64,000 nucleotides of DNA from Octopus bimaculoides (Eukaryota): assembly GCF_001194135.2 (NCBI RefSeq), contig NC_069003.1:308061-372060 (forward strand), written 5' to 3'. The notes beneath the pieces were generated by a model. That model was not told the DNA's origin, did no database searches, and saw only the letters and a program-made list of their open reading frames with translations. This document shows positions 1-11,869 of the stretch, piece after piece (position 1 is the stretch's first letter; every line of letters starts with the position of its first letter). The position numbers and the translations under genes were made by a program.

Positions 1-210
1 GTGTGTGTGTGCTTGTTCCCCCATCTACCACTTGACAACTGGCATGTGACTTAGCAGTTTAGCAAAAGACACCAATAGAATAATACCAATAGTACCAGGC
101 TTAAAAAAAAGAAAAAAAGAAGTAAGTACTGAGGTGAATTTGCTCAACTAAACCCTTTCAGGCCCCAGAATGGTCACAGTCCAAAGACTGAAACAAATGA
201 ACCATAAAAG
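1..210 (+). mobile_element. 3' part of SINE family A (tRNA-derived, CORE-like)
   Basis: cttgacaac...ttagcagtttagcaaaagacaccaatagaata...gactgaaacaa matches the 3' halves of the copies at ~2750-2880 and 35400-35600. Confidence 0.65.
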
Positions 211-329
211 ACGTTGATATGACTCTCCATTGTAAGGGGGACGGGATTTGATTCCATTAATCCTACACCTGCCTTGTAGCTCTTACACCAGGAAAAATAA
301 GTCCTCAACATCATCTTGATATTGCCATT

Positions 330-1760
330 AGCCAAAATAGTAAGCAGTTGATTAAACTCCCAACTGAATGTAAATTCATTTTTCTAGATTTTGAACAGGA
401 AAGTTACTAAGATCAGTTTTGCTTTTCAAGTCATTCTTATAGGAAAGCCAAGAAAATAGGCTCCAGAATTACAGAAGAAGGATCAAATAAGCAATCAACC
501 ATCTCCCCTCACACTTCTCTCCCGCAAAAGGGAATCCAACTCCCTTCCTTCCAAGTCAGTATGAAGCACTACCACCACAGTCATTACTTTATCATCAATG
601 ATTTTTGGGTGTTGATGAGGGTTGTCAGAGATTGTCTACAATGATGCTGCAGAAGTATGGGATCTTATACGACTATAGATTCTGTATGATTCTGTATTCT
701 AAAAATTCCTGAACATAGGTTTTAGATTAAATAAGGAAATGGTTTAGTCATATGTAAGAATATGAATGAGCATACAAAAAAGAGACTCATGGAAACCTAA
801 GAAAGGCAAAGTAACTTTGAATTCAAAATGATCATCACACCTCATCAAAGCAGATTTCTCAGGTGCTACTCTAAACACAGACACCTATCACAAACCTTCC
901 ACAAACACAAGGAAAAATTAAATTAACCAACATAGGAACTGTAACCATCTAATATTAGTATTCCAGAATCTAGCAAGTAGAAGATTATCTCTTTTCTCAT
1001 TGAATATGAAACTATTCTATAGAACAGCAGGTTATAAAAACATACCTCTAGAATCGAATGATATCAAGGAGAAACAAAATCATGTACACCTACGTAGACA
1101 ACACCAAAGTGCAATAAAGCAGTAACAAAATATTAAAAAGCAAAATCACACAATGTCAAACATACTTCAGCACTAAAAACACAAGCATTTCTCCCCTGAA
1201 TCAGTTACAATAAATTATTCAACAAACATAACAACAAAACCAACTGCAGCTCAACCACCAGCATCAAGATAGCCAAGAACCCTGATAATCAACATCGAGA
1301 TCACATACAACTTGAGAAACCCAACCTCTTGCTCATCAAATGTGTCATGGAATATGCAAGTAGTGATTCTACAAAGCTGAAGTAACCACCACTGGGCCTA
1401 CTTCTAAAACCAAACCAAAGAGGTTTATATAGGAAAGACAGAATTACTTTTAAGAGACAACAAAACAACCACACAACTAGTTTAGACATATACTGTAAAG
1501 AGAAATGCCACCAAAATATTAAACAACGCATGGAGCTTAAGCCACAATGCCAAAGAATTTAACAGATTGGAAAATACAAGAAAGATCCAAACTATATATA
1601 TATACATCGAAATGAATGATGTTTATACGTGCAGAGCAGAGAAGAGTCTCATATTCTGGGAAACAAGAAACTCTTACACTTTAGCACAGAATTTTTTTTT
1701 TGGATATATTAAAATGTACATCGAGTGTTAAATACTGACTATTTGTTATGTAATTTAAAT
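330..1760 (+). mobile_element. Decayed Penelope-like element (RT plus GIY-YIG endonuclease)
   Basis: Frameshifted translations give NDAAEVWDLIRL*IL (~YDGAEVCELVGL.IL, ~640-690), ADFSGATLN..TY.KPFHK (~850-910), KHFSPES..NKLFNKHNNK (~1180-1240), EVYIGKTE (~1420-1445) and FKRQQNNHTTSFRH (~1448-1490). Confidence 0.65.
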
Positions 1761-1811
1761 ATAAACTACATTGTTGAATCATACATATAAATATATGCAG
1801 ATGTGCCTGCA

Positions 1812-1875
<64 letters not shown>

Positions 1876-2341
1876 TGGTTGATAGAGTGATATGAAATTA
1901 TGAGGCTTCATGAATTTGTAAATCTTGTTAACATACATTTTGGAACATTGATGAAAATACTGTCTCCTGGAAAGCATGCTACAAAAAACAAAAATTAGAG
2001 AATATCTACATAGAATTTCACCATAAGATTCTTGATAATAATTTCTGGAAAAATTGACAAAGGTGATGAATAAAGAGTAAAACATGCAACCAGTGAAAAA
2101 TTAAAAATCAAGTTTCAGTAGGGAAATATTTGAAGCACGATATAAAATAAAAATAACTTATTGTATAAAAGCCATTGAAATTTGTATATTTCTGTTTGTT
2201 GGTTTATATTCTGTTATTCCCTTGGCAAAAAATTAGGAATGAGAAAAAAAAGAGAACAAATCTCTAATTTCATAGGCAAGGTGTCTGAGGTGTAAGAGAA
2301 AAGAGAAGTGGTTCTTAAAAAATTTGATTCCCACAACTGTG

Positions 2342-2403
<62 letters not shown>

Positions 2404-2433
2404 CATCTACAAATATATATGTACATATGTGTA

Positions 2434-2503
<70 letters not shown>

Positions 2504-2509
2504 TATATA

Positions 2510-2880
2510 GGTGCAGGTATGACTGTGTGGTAAGAAGCTTGTTTCTGGTTTCAGTCTTGCTGTTAGGTACCTTGAGCAAGTGTCTTCTCCAATAGCTTTG
2601 GGCCAACCAAAGCCTTGTGAGTGGATTTGGTAGACAGAAACTGAAAGAAGCCTGTTGTGTGTGTGTTTGTTTGTGTGCGTGTGTGTTTGTTTGTGTGTGT
2701 GTGTGTTTGTGCATGTCTGTGTATGTATTTGTCTCCCATTGCTGCTTCACAATTGGTGTTAGTGTGTTTATGTCCCCGTAGCTTTTAAGGGTTTAACAAA
2801 AGAGACCAAAACAATAAGTATTAAGTTTAAAAAAAAAGTACTGGGGTCAATTCATTTGGCAAGGAACTCTTCAATGGCTA
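2510..2880 (+). mobile_element. SINE family A, near full length (tRNA-like head, CORE-like ACCTTGAGCAAGT box, internal (TG)n)
   Basis: Pol III A/B-box-like head directly after (TA)n. The segment ccttgagcaagtgtcttct..aaagccttgtgagtggatttggtagac.gaaactgaaagaagc recurs at 7130, 7650, 34781 and 46836. Confidence 0.8.
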
Positions 2881-4381
2881 TTTTTACCTCATCAAAACAA
2901 GCATAACTTTTTTGCATCAAAAATGACCAGCACACATTGTACAACACAACAAAGCAACATGACAGCTAAAAATAAAAAAATACACAACAACAAAACACAC
3001 AACTGAATGTAGAAGAGGAAGAAGAAAAATGAAGGCTTTGCTGAACACTTAATAGAAGAAACTGTCTCACATACTCAGATAAGCAATTTAGAAGACAACA
3101 ACAGCAACTATAGCAACTCTTACACAACGCCAAATACTGCAGTCTGATGATATAATAGACATGTGATTACAGACCTTCATTCAATGTTAAATGAAGACAA
3201 AACTTTTGTACTTATGAGAGTTAAAAGAAAAGCAATGAAGATGGAAGAACTGTTTAGCATTTCTTTGCCTCAGAAGAAGGTAAAGAAAAAGAATATTTAT
3301 ATATCTTTGTCTACGAAAAGATGGAAGTATGAAAATATCAAACCTTCCAAGACATCTCAGAAGAAATTATCTCAACCGAAATTGCTGTATGACTGAAAAC
3401 AGTCAAAACAGTGACTAGCGGTACATTTGTGTCCTAGTTTCTGGGTCAAAGAATCCTAGAATTATATAAAAAGACATTGGATGATACAATGCAGACCAAC
3501 AGCTAGTCATGACTTCTGTATCAGTATGATAGTGTAAGCAGGTTTAAAAGAAGGTTAGGGGACATCAAAATAGACTTGCAGATCCCATTGACCCCTGAAA
3601 GCTACAGAGCAATACCAGAGCAGTAGAAGGCACCAAGACAAAGGGCCCATGATTGGTGATACAGGATAAGAAAACCTGGTCACTATATTTGCTGGAACAA
3701 AACACACCTGAGAGCTAAACACCTGGAAGAACTGGGGAAACTCAGTAAAAAATAAGTAAAACAAAAACAATAAAGAGTAACAGCAACAACAAGAACAACA
3801 ATCCCAAGTTTCCAGAGCAAAACTAGGCAGGATAGCAATGGAAATATCTTTCGGACCCGCATCACAAATGTATGAAGAAATACCTCATCTCCTAATGGCA
3901 CCAACCTGTAGCACCATATTTCCATTGTACTATGAGAAAGAAATAATTACAGAGGAAAATATGAAAAAGGATAAAAAGAAAAAAAATTTACAAAGAAAGA
4001 CACAAGACAAAGCAATGAAAATAGAGGAAAGAACAGTATTTTCTAAATGGCAACAAAATCCTTCTTCAAGAAAATAATGGAAAATATGCAGAAAACGAAG
4101 TTCAAAATCAAACAGACAGAATTATGCATTTGTTGTATGAAAGACTTTCAGAGGTTGAAATGATAATGTTGAGAATATGAACCACATGCAAAAGAGAGCC
4201 TGCTCATAGAATTAAAACCAAAGTGTTGTATCAGCTAAACCCCACATGCATGAACGCACATACATATATGCACCTAAACTCATTGTTAAAGGTTTGAGCT
4301 GTCACCCAATTCTCCCTCCAAAACACCCCTACACACAAACTAAACCTTCAAAATCACGTCCTCATCAACACATACATTTAC

Positions 4382-4543
4382 TTATCCAGACCCTTGCTGT
4401 ATCATAAGTAACACGGTGTTTTTTGGTGGAAAAGAGGGGGGGGGGGTAAGTGCCAAGGGGTATAACTCTTGATAAATCACTTGCTTAATTATCTCCCATG
4501 ACTTTTTTTTTCTCTCACAGCACCAGATGTGAAATTTTCTCAC
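4382..4543 (-). CDS. Possible terminal coding exon of cpo (VRKFHIWCCERKKKSW...GSG*)
   Basis: gtgttcttcag|GTGAGAAAA is a phase-0 acceptor opening a frame to TAA at 4382-4384. No homology recognised. Confidence 0.2.
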   Translation of the reverse strand: MRKFHIWCCERKKKSWEIIKQVIYQELYPLALTPPPSFPPKNTVLLMIQQGSG

Positions 4544-5474
4544 CTGAAGAACACATATATTATATAATATCTGGTGCAAAGCTGATGAGTAAGATTACCT
4601 GTAATATATATGTTATGCTATATACTTTGACTACTATATCTACTACATTGACAAGTATTGAGTGTCTATTTTATCTGACTCATACATTTTAGACAACTAT
4701 TATATTCATATAGTTATTCTTTGTGTGTGTATGTTGGCACATGCATCTTCAAAAATCTAAATACATCTTCCCATATATGGTATGACATCTGTTATTCTTC
4801 CCACTGTGTTTGTAAATATCTTTTTCTCATACACCGTATCACTCTCTCATTCTTTCTAAATAGTAAAACTTATGGGGCTATTAAAAGAAGATTCTTAGAA
4901 TTAAGGCCTTGTGATACAGCAACAGTTTTGTGGGGACCAGCTACAGCTGACAAAAGTTATTTCGATATACATTACTAGTGTTTGTCTTTATTTAATTAAT
5001 CCTGGTGAATATTTGAACTCAGAACAAAGAGATAAGATTGCATGCCAGAAGTTATTCCATCAGATACTCTCCAGCATTTGCCAAATGAACACCAGCCATT
5101 TTGTGGCACTAATTTAGTAATAACAAGATCAAAGTGGAATGAAGTTTATGTGTGTGTGTGTGTGTGTGCGTGCATGTGTGTGTGTGCATGTATGGACAAA
5201 TTTAGGGTGATAAAACGGCAATAAAAACGATGATAATAACAGTAACAAGAATAATAAAGAAAAAAGACAGAAACTTTAAGAGGGCTAAATTCTGATACAG
5301 GTAGACACACAGGTGCACGCAGACACACATACATTTACTCACATGGACATTTGTACGTGTTCACATAAGAAAGAAAATATCTGAGGAGAACAATAAAAAG
5401 CAAACTAAAAGAAAGAGGAATAAACAAAGCAAAAACAAAAATAGGGGATGAAAGATAATAAAACTAACCCGTAC

Positions 5475-5617
5475 CGGTACCTGGGCTAGAGCTGGATGCT
5501 GGATGAGCGCAGCATGGTGAATGGCTGTAGCTGTTGCAGGGGCCAGTTCTGGGTAGGCCAAAGGATGAGGAGTCCAGGCTTCAGGACTTCCAGGGAAAAA
5601 TGCTGCACCTAATTCTT
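5475..5617 (-). CDS. cpo: cpo/RBPMS exon, Pro/Ala/His-rich C-terminal region (QELGAAFFPGSPEAWTPHPLAYPELAPATATAIHHAALIQHPALAQVP)
   Basis: ctttctttcgcag|AAGAATTAGGT. The phase-1 junction restores the frame of ORF 5361..5645(-). FFPG..W.HPLAY resembles cpo. The 3' boundary is ambiguous between donors at 5481, 5475 and 5469. Confidence 0.88.
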
Positions 5618-6709
5618 CTGCGAAAGAAAGAAAAGAAAAAAACACAACAAAATAAACATCAGAAAAAAAAAAAGATCACAAAGCGATTTAAAAAAATGTA
5701 AACAATTGAAAAGTGAGAATGAGAAAAACATATTGATGTTGATAAACAGAAGCAGAGATGGTAGGGAATCGAACTCAACACGTGGTGTTTGGTTCAAACC
5801 TGGCTGTAGCCAATTTCTGCCTTTTATTGGTTCCTTGGTTAATTCAATTGGTTACACCCAATTGCCACACAAATTTGTGCTCTTGTATCTCTAGTAGGGA
5901 AAACAAAAAGACAAAGGGCAAAATAAACCCTTTGGGGGTAACTTGAACTCTGAATGTAGAGTGATGGAACTAAATACTGTTCCACATTTACTCTGCTTTT
6001 TCTTCTATTTTTACTCTTTTACAACAAGAGAGAATTTGTGATGATGGTGTGAATGGCCTCTTCCATGGGTACAGGTCACAATTTGTGATCAGAAGAACAT
6101 CGACTGATTGAGTAAACTCGATTTCTCAACCTCAGCATCATGAAAAACAGGAGATTTGAACTGAAGAGGAATCTGCTGTGAATTGAACCAATCCACTGAC
6201 TAAATAGCTGATACTTATACTATCAACTCCAGAGAGATAAAGCTGGTTGCAACTGAATTTGGGTTCAGATAATAGAAGAAGGAAAGCAAAAAGAGACAAA
6301 TGTGTAACCATTTAGAGTAAACTTAGAACAAAAGTCAATCATCTGAATGGCCGAGTGATAAGACACACACACACACACACACACCCACACACATTAAAAT
6401 GATTAATTCCATTCAAAAGAGTATTGACTCATAAGAAAAGTCTTGTCTCGTTCTACTCTTATTAAGCTTCTTCTCCACCACCACCACTGCCAGCTGGAGC
6501 AATATGTGATGGTGTTCAGGTAATTTGGATGTGGTGAGGTACACAAGGTTTTACAGTCAGTTGAATAATGCATCCCTGTTTTCAGTGTTACTCCTGACGA
6601 CCTACATTGTATGGTTTTACAGCTGCCAAACACTTTACATCTGAATGCAGTTGACACTACAGACTTTTTTAAACAATATTTCATTTGCATTTATAGATAA
6701 GATACTCAC

Positions 6710-6848
6710 GCCCTGTTAGTGGATGTATAATTGTTGGATGTGTTGCTGCCGGTTGCGGAGACTGCTGTTTAGGCTTTGTGACTTTTGTGTTACTTTTAGC
6801 AAATTCTAGCCGGAGAGTCTGTGGCAAATCGGGATCAAATTTTACACC
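6710..6848 (-). CDS. cpo: cpo/RBPMS exon, RRM C-terminus (GVKFDPDLPQTLRLEFAKSNTKVTKPKQQSPQPAATHPTIIHPLTG), 139 nt
   Basis: tttctttccag|GGTGTAAAA...ACAGGGC|gtgagt. Lies within ORF 6681..6902(-). FDP..PQTLRLEFAK is diagnostic of the family. Ends in phase 1. Confidence 0.95.
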
Positions 6849-9539
6849 CTGGAAAGAAACGTCAAAAAAATAATAAAAAATGTTAATTTCTAACCGAGCC
6901 ATTTAGCTACGAATATTGGTGGAAGACACAGACAATTGTACTATTCCCAAGATAGGTGACAAATGTATAATGGAAGAAATGTAGTCAATTAAAGAGTTTC
7001 CAGTAAATGCTTTGAATTTGTTTTATTAACCCAAGAGGGGGGGGGGGGGCAAATGAATCTTGTCAGAGTTGCATCAACAAGTGTGTATGTAATGTATGTG
7101 GACCAATATATATCTATATCTGTGTATATGGAGACGCAGGTATGCCTGCTTTAAAATCATCAGCTCCTGGCTCAATGCCACTGTGCAGCACTTTGGGGGA
7201 AATGTCTGTTACCATTGTGACCAAAGTCTTGCATGTGGAATTGGGTAAAGGTAAAAAAAAGGGCAGTGGAACTTGTTGGATCAATTGTAGCTATGATTCA
7301 AAGAGCCAATTTAGTCATCCACTGTGTCACACGTTTTGCCTTAATGGGTTACATTAAGACTATTAATGTATGTAGGATATTCACCCACTTACATAAAGGG
7401 GAACTCTAACTTACAGTATATCACACATTATTGTACTGATTCCCCTTAAGGACTACTCTGAGGGTACAAGTGGTTGTGCAATACTTGCATTTCTGTTATG
7501 TGATCTATTGTTTACCAGAATTCTAACACAAAATCAGTAATCAGTAACCAGAAAAGCATGGTTCAATTCCCATCGGTGGAATTTTTATTTGATATACGGA
7601 AAAGAGCGTGTTCTTTTTTCTAAGTTTGTAAAGTTATGTAGAAGAATGACCGAATCACTGATAAGCTTTATTTGCAATCAGGAGGTGCTGGTTCAGTCCT
7701 ACTATGCAGCATCTTGGACACATGTCTTTGGCCATAGCTTTTGTTGTCTCAAGCCTTTGTGATTGACACTCTATGGTTAGGAGCTGTTAGGATGAAGTGC
7801 CAGGGTTTTCACACATTGTTAAGTGGATTCTCTTAGAGAATTAAATTAATGGTGGAGGATTCAGCCCTTTACATGCTAATTCAATGAATGAGCTATTGAC
7901 TGAACGACAGAAATATTTGTCTCCAAAGCCAATGAACATCTATTTCTATATAAAGATAATGGCATCACTGCATGTTTGGGAAGTTCAATTCCCAACTACA
8001 TTATTTTGGGTTTTGGCATTTTGGACAAGGACATTATAGCCCTGGAACAACCTGGGACAATGTGAGTATGTGTGTGTGTGTGTATAAGTTATTTTATTAT
8101 CATTTTTTTGTGTATGTTTGGTCAATGATTAGCTGTTGTTACACGTTGCACTGCTATTCTTGTGTAAGAATAAACAAACTTTAGGTTATTTCTTATACAT
8201 AATACAACTTCAAACTGAATTTTTATATCTCAGTGTAGACTTAAAGTAAGAACAGGCTTATTCATAAAAAAGATTCCAACATTTTGGGGGGGGTGTGGTG
8301 TTCACCTAGCACACTAGGAATATACAACATGGTATGCATGAAAGATTTCTATAGGATGCATATTATGACAATAAAGTAAATGTATATAATACACATATAA
8401 AATACACATCATTTATATGAAATTCTTTAATCATTGTCATATACTTTGCAAGTGACTAGAAAGTTATACTAGCAACACAGACTAAAATTTGCCAACTACA
8501 TATTGTGAGAGGCAAATGCAAACAGCTACATGTTTCCTAATATTTAATAGATTGTTGATAATTTAGAGGTGATACGTGTATATGAGCTACAATTACAGCC
8601 ATCAGTGGTGAAATAGTGGAATACACTATCCAGTAATACAATGAACAGTTGTTGATGGTAGTCAGAGATCGCTGAATGTGGAAGATCCATGAAGACTGAA
8701 GACAACTGAGTTGAATGTGAGGTGTTGGCCATACGGAAATTTATTTAGCTGAGGTGGCATGTCAAAAACGTTATGACAGTGACTGGGCCTTAAAGACACC
8801 GAAAGGTGTCTTTCGGAAAGAGTTGCACTTGCTCGAGCACGTGGTGGGGGTTGGCAATGGATTCTGGGTAAAGATTAGCAGTTGCAAAAGGCAGGTAAAG
8901 AAATAGATGAAAAGAGGTGAGCTCAAACATTTATATCGCATTTGAGATGAGTGAAAGCATCTTGATGACAAGGAAGATGGGTGGTGGTGGTGGTGGATGC
9001 GATGATAAGGATGGCAATGAATAGAAACAACGTGCTGAGAAAATAAAGGAAACCTCTAGATTGGTTGTTTGATGTGCCTGGAGCACAAACCAAATCCTCC
9101 TTAAATTATACCTTATTAAGTTAAAAAAAGGAAGGCAATGTCAGACAATGTAATGTCTGGAACACTGAAATATGGGATGGTCATGGATCATATATTTTGA
9201 CGATATACTTGCTCAGTCACACTTCACCTATGGCTGACTAAGTGCCATGTGCTCCAAAAGTCTGAGTGACAAAGAAAGACTAAAAAAAAAAAGACTTGGT
9301 GTGAGTCATGTCTGAGGTTGTTTATACGAACAAGATGAAAGATTGAGAGCAACAAGATGATGCATGGCATACCTGTCCAGTCTGCAGCAACAAGCAATAA
9401 AAGACCATAATATGACAACACACAGGTATGACGTGAACAGTATACGTGTTTGTCATGTTCCACCTGCACTTTACCTGCACCAATATACGAGTTAGAAAAA
9501 AGCTCTTGCTATAGAGGTTAAGGGTTAGGTGCAGGATTA

Positions 9540-9900
9540 AAGAGCAATGCTACTGGGTGACTGAGATATGAAAGGATACACATCAGCAAGTTGTTTTCTT
9601 CAAGGAATGCGATTAGTTCCCCTCTGAATATCCATTCCATGATTCTGTTGATGTGTGAAGTCAGAGGCATAAGGCTATAGTTTTTTGGCATCTGCTCTGC
9701 CTCCTCCTCTATGGATTGGGCATATTATTCCCTCCTTCAGCTTGCCATTTGCAAGAAAGCTCTGGACGAGAATCTGTAGAGGTTCCGCCAGGGCATGCTT
9801 ACACAATTTGAGGAGGTTTGCTGGGAAACCATCAGAACCAGAACTGTGTATGGGTGACCTCAACTTTAATTTAGTAAGAGCCGCATCATGCCACATCAGT
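9540..9900 (-). mobile_element. CR1-clade LINE reverse transcriptase fragment
   Basis: ORF 9675..9896(-) reads SSGSDGFPANLLKLCKHALAEPLQIL..ICPIHRGGGRADAKK and continues with MEWIFRGELIAFLEENNLL. Same family as 31790-32940. Confidence 0.75.
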
Positions 9901-9949
9901 TAGCCATTAATCTAGTCGTGCTAGAGTGAACATACATTTAAGGCATTGC

Positions 9950-10700
9950 AAGCCAATGAAAGAAATATTTCAAAGAACATATTTATATGAAATTCTGTTT
10001 TAGATTGGAAAGAACTTTGTATGGAAACTTCTCTAATGTGAAAGTAGGTCTATTGGGGAAGATGGATTGAGTCACACATAATGTCACAAGCAGTACTGGT
10101 GTTTCAAATTGAGAAGAACATCCAGCAATGATGATATCAAATCTGGACAACTTTCCACAACAATAGATGATGATTACATTGCAAATGAGTTTACTGTGAT
10201 GCATGGCAATTGTAACTTTTTTGATTTTGAAGTTTCTGGAGAAATAAGCATCTGTAAACGTTTGTGATAAAGGATTTTGAAAAGAAAATTGAAGATGCAT
10301 TGTGTTAAGTAGAACTGAAACACAGTCAGACAACAACTGTTTAATCATATGGATGCTGATGAAGACTTTTTGAAAAGTGTCATAACAAGTGATGAAAATG
10401 GCTGAAGATACTAAAACAAAAATGCAATTGTCACAGTGGTATAGACGAATCTTGCTGTGACCCCCAAAAAGCATGTAAGAGCCATTTAAAAGTGAAAGTG
10501 ACGATTTAGAATATTTTTTGACAGGAAGGCTTAAAGATTTTTACTTGGATGTGCTGAGGTGTTTGAGAGAAACTGTCAAAGGAAGCAGCTTGATGCATCA
10601 TAGACAAACAAACCTGCATGCTGCACCATGGCAACGCCCTACCTTCGAATCACTGTTTATCTATGACATTTTAACAAGCTATGAGACATTCTCATCATTG
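9950..10700 (+). mobile_element. Decayed mariner (D,D34D) transposase
   Basis: FCFRLERT..DDIKSGQLSTT (HTH region), VITSDE at 10379-10396, TKMQLSQW, YLDVLRCLRETV, and LHHGNA at 10621-10638. Multiple stops and frameshifts. Confidence 0.75.
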
Positions 10701-11249
10701 TCATTGCCTCTGTGAAGTCCAACGCTTGGAAGGTGCTTTTTACATGCAACGTCAGCACAGGTGCTAGTTACATGACGCCCAGCATCAGCCACACTGCCTC
10801 CAGATGTATATATTTAGCATCGTCATCATCATACTAGGCAACTGCCTATGGTCCTACAATCTGGTGGCTGAAGAATTTAGACAAAATCTTTGATCTAATT
10901 AAAAACATGGAAGCTGATTAACAAAGACAGCTGGTGAGAATACGTCCAGAACAGAGGAGGAAGATATAAAGTTGGCAAAGGTATAATGGAGGGTATTTGA
11001 TGACCAGTCACAGGATTTTTATCACACAAAAAACCATGCCTGCGTTCAGGGAAACAAGTGAGGGTTGGCAACAGGAAGGGCATCCAGCTGATCAGCATCT
11101 GCCCCAATAAGTTCCATCTGGTTCATGCAAGCAGGAATGAGTGAATGTGATGATGATGATAATGATAATGATGATGGTGTGTGTGCGTGTGTATGCATAC
11201 ACACACACCTTTACAAGAGTTTGCTCGTACTAAGCCAAATTTTTACTAC

Positions 11250-11283
<34 letters not shown>

Positions 11284-11389
11284 TCACATGCACATACATA
11301 AAAAAGGAAATAATTGACAACTGTACAATAAAAGTGTAGATGTGTATTTGTGATGGTGTGTAGGTGTGAGAGAGAGAAATATATATAGT

Positions 11390-11439
<50 letters not shown>

Positions 11440-11562
11440 TGAGTGTGTTTGAGTGAGTGTGTGAATGTGTATGATGTGGAGTGTTAAATGTGACATGTGA
11501 GTTTTTTTAATTCAAAAAAGGAATTGATTAACTAACAACTGAGTTTTTTTTATGCGAAGGAG

Positions 11563-11598
<36 letters not shown>

Positions 11599-11869
11599 GT
11601 AATAATGTTATTCAAAGGATGAAGAGTGGTAATAATAATAATAATGTTTCCTTAATTAACCCCTAAAGATTTCCAAAAAGGTCAGGGAGGGTGCAGGATG
11701 ATACATAAAGTGTACAAAGAGTAAACTAAAAGAAACAAAGAAATAAAATAAGGAAGAATTCCTCAAAAGACAAGGGATCTTCTTGGACTGATCATGGAAA
11801 CTTAACAAAACTAGTCATCCTGACAACTGGGGGCAAGTGCCCTCTCCTTACCTTCTAACTCCTTCCCCA

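Noticed and set aside
2510-2590. tRNA genes at A/B-box motifs (also 13050-13120 and 48860-48940)
   Set aside because: No cloverleaf, and each is followed by SINE body sequence.
6181-6210. 15-mer CAATCCACTGACTAA shared with ~39204 as a paired intronic element
   Set aside because: Both sit in decayed family B SINE copies in the same orientation.
8000-8072. Plus-strand exon of a nested gene (GTGAGT donor; one frame reads ILDKDIIAL)
   Set aside because: Short match, no partner exons and no convincing acceptor.
8480-8740. Possible RTE RT fragment on the minus strand (QLFIVLLDSVF)
   Set aside because: Only one short motif resemblance, with no catalytic motif recoverable.
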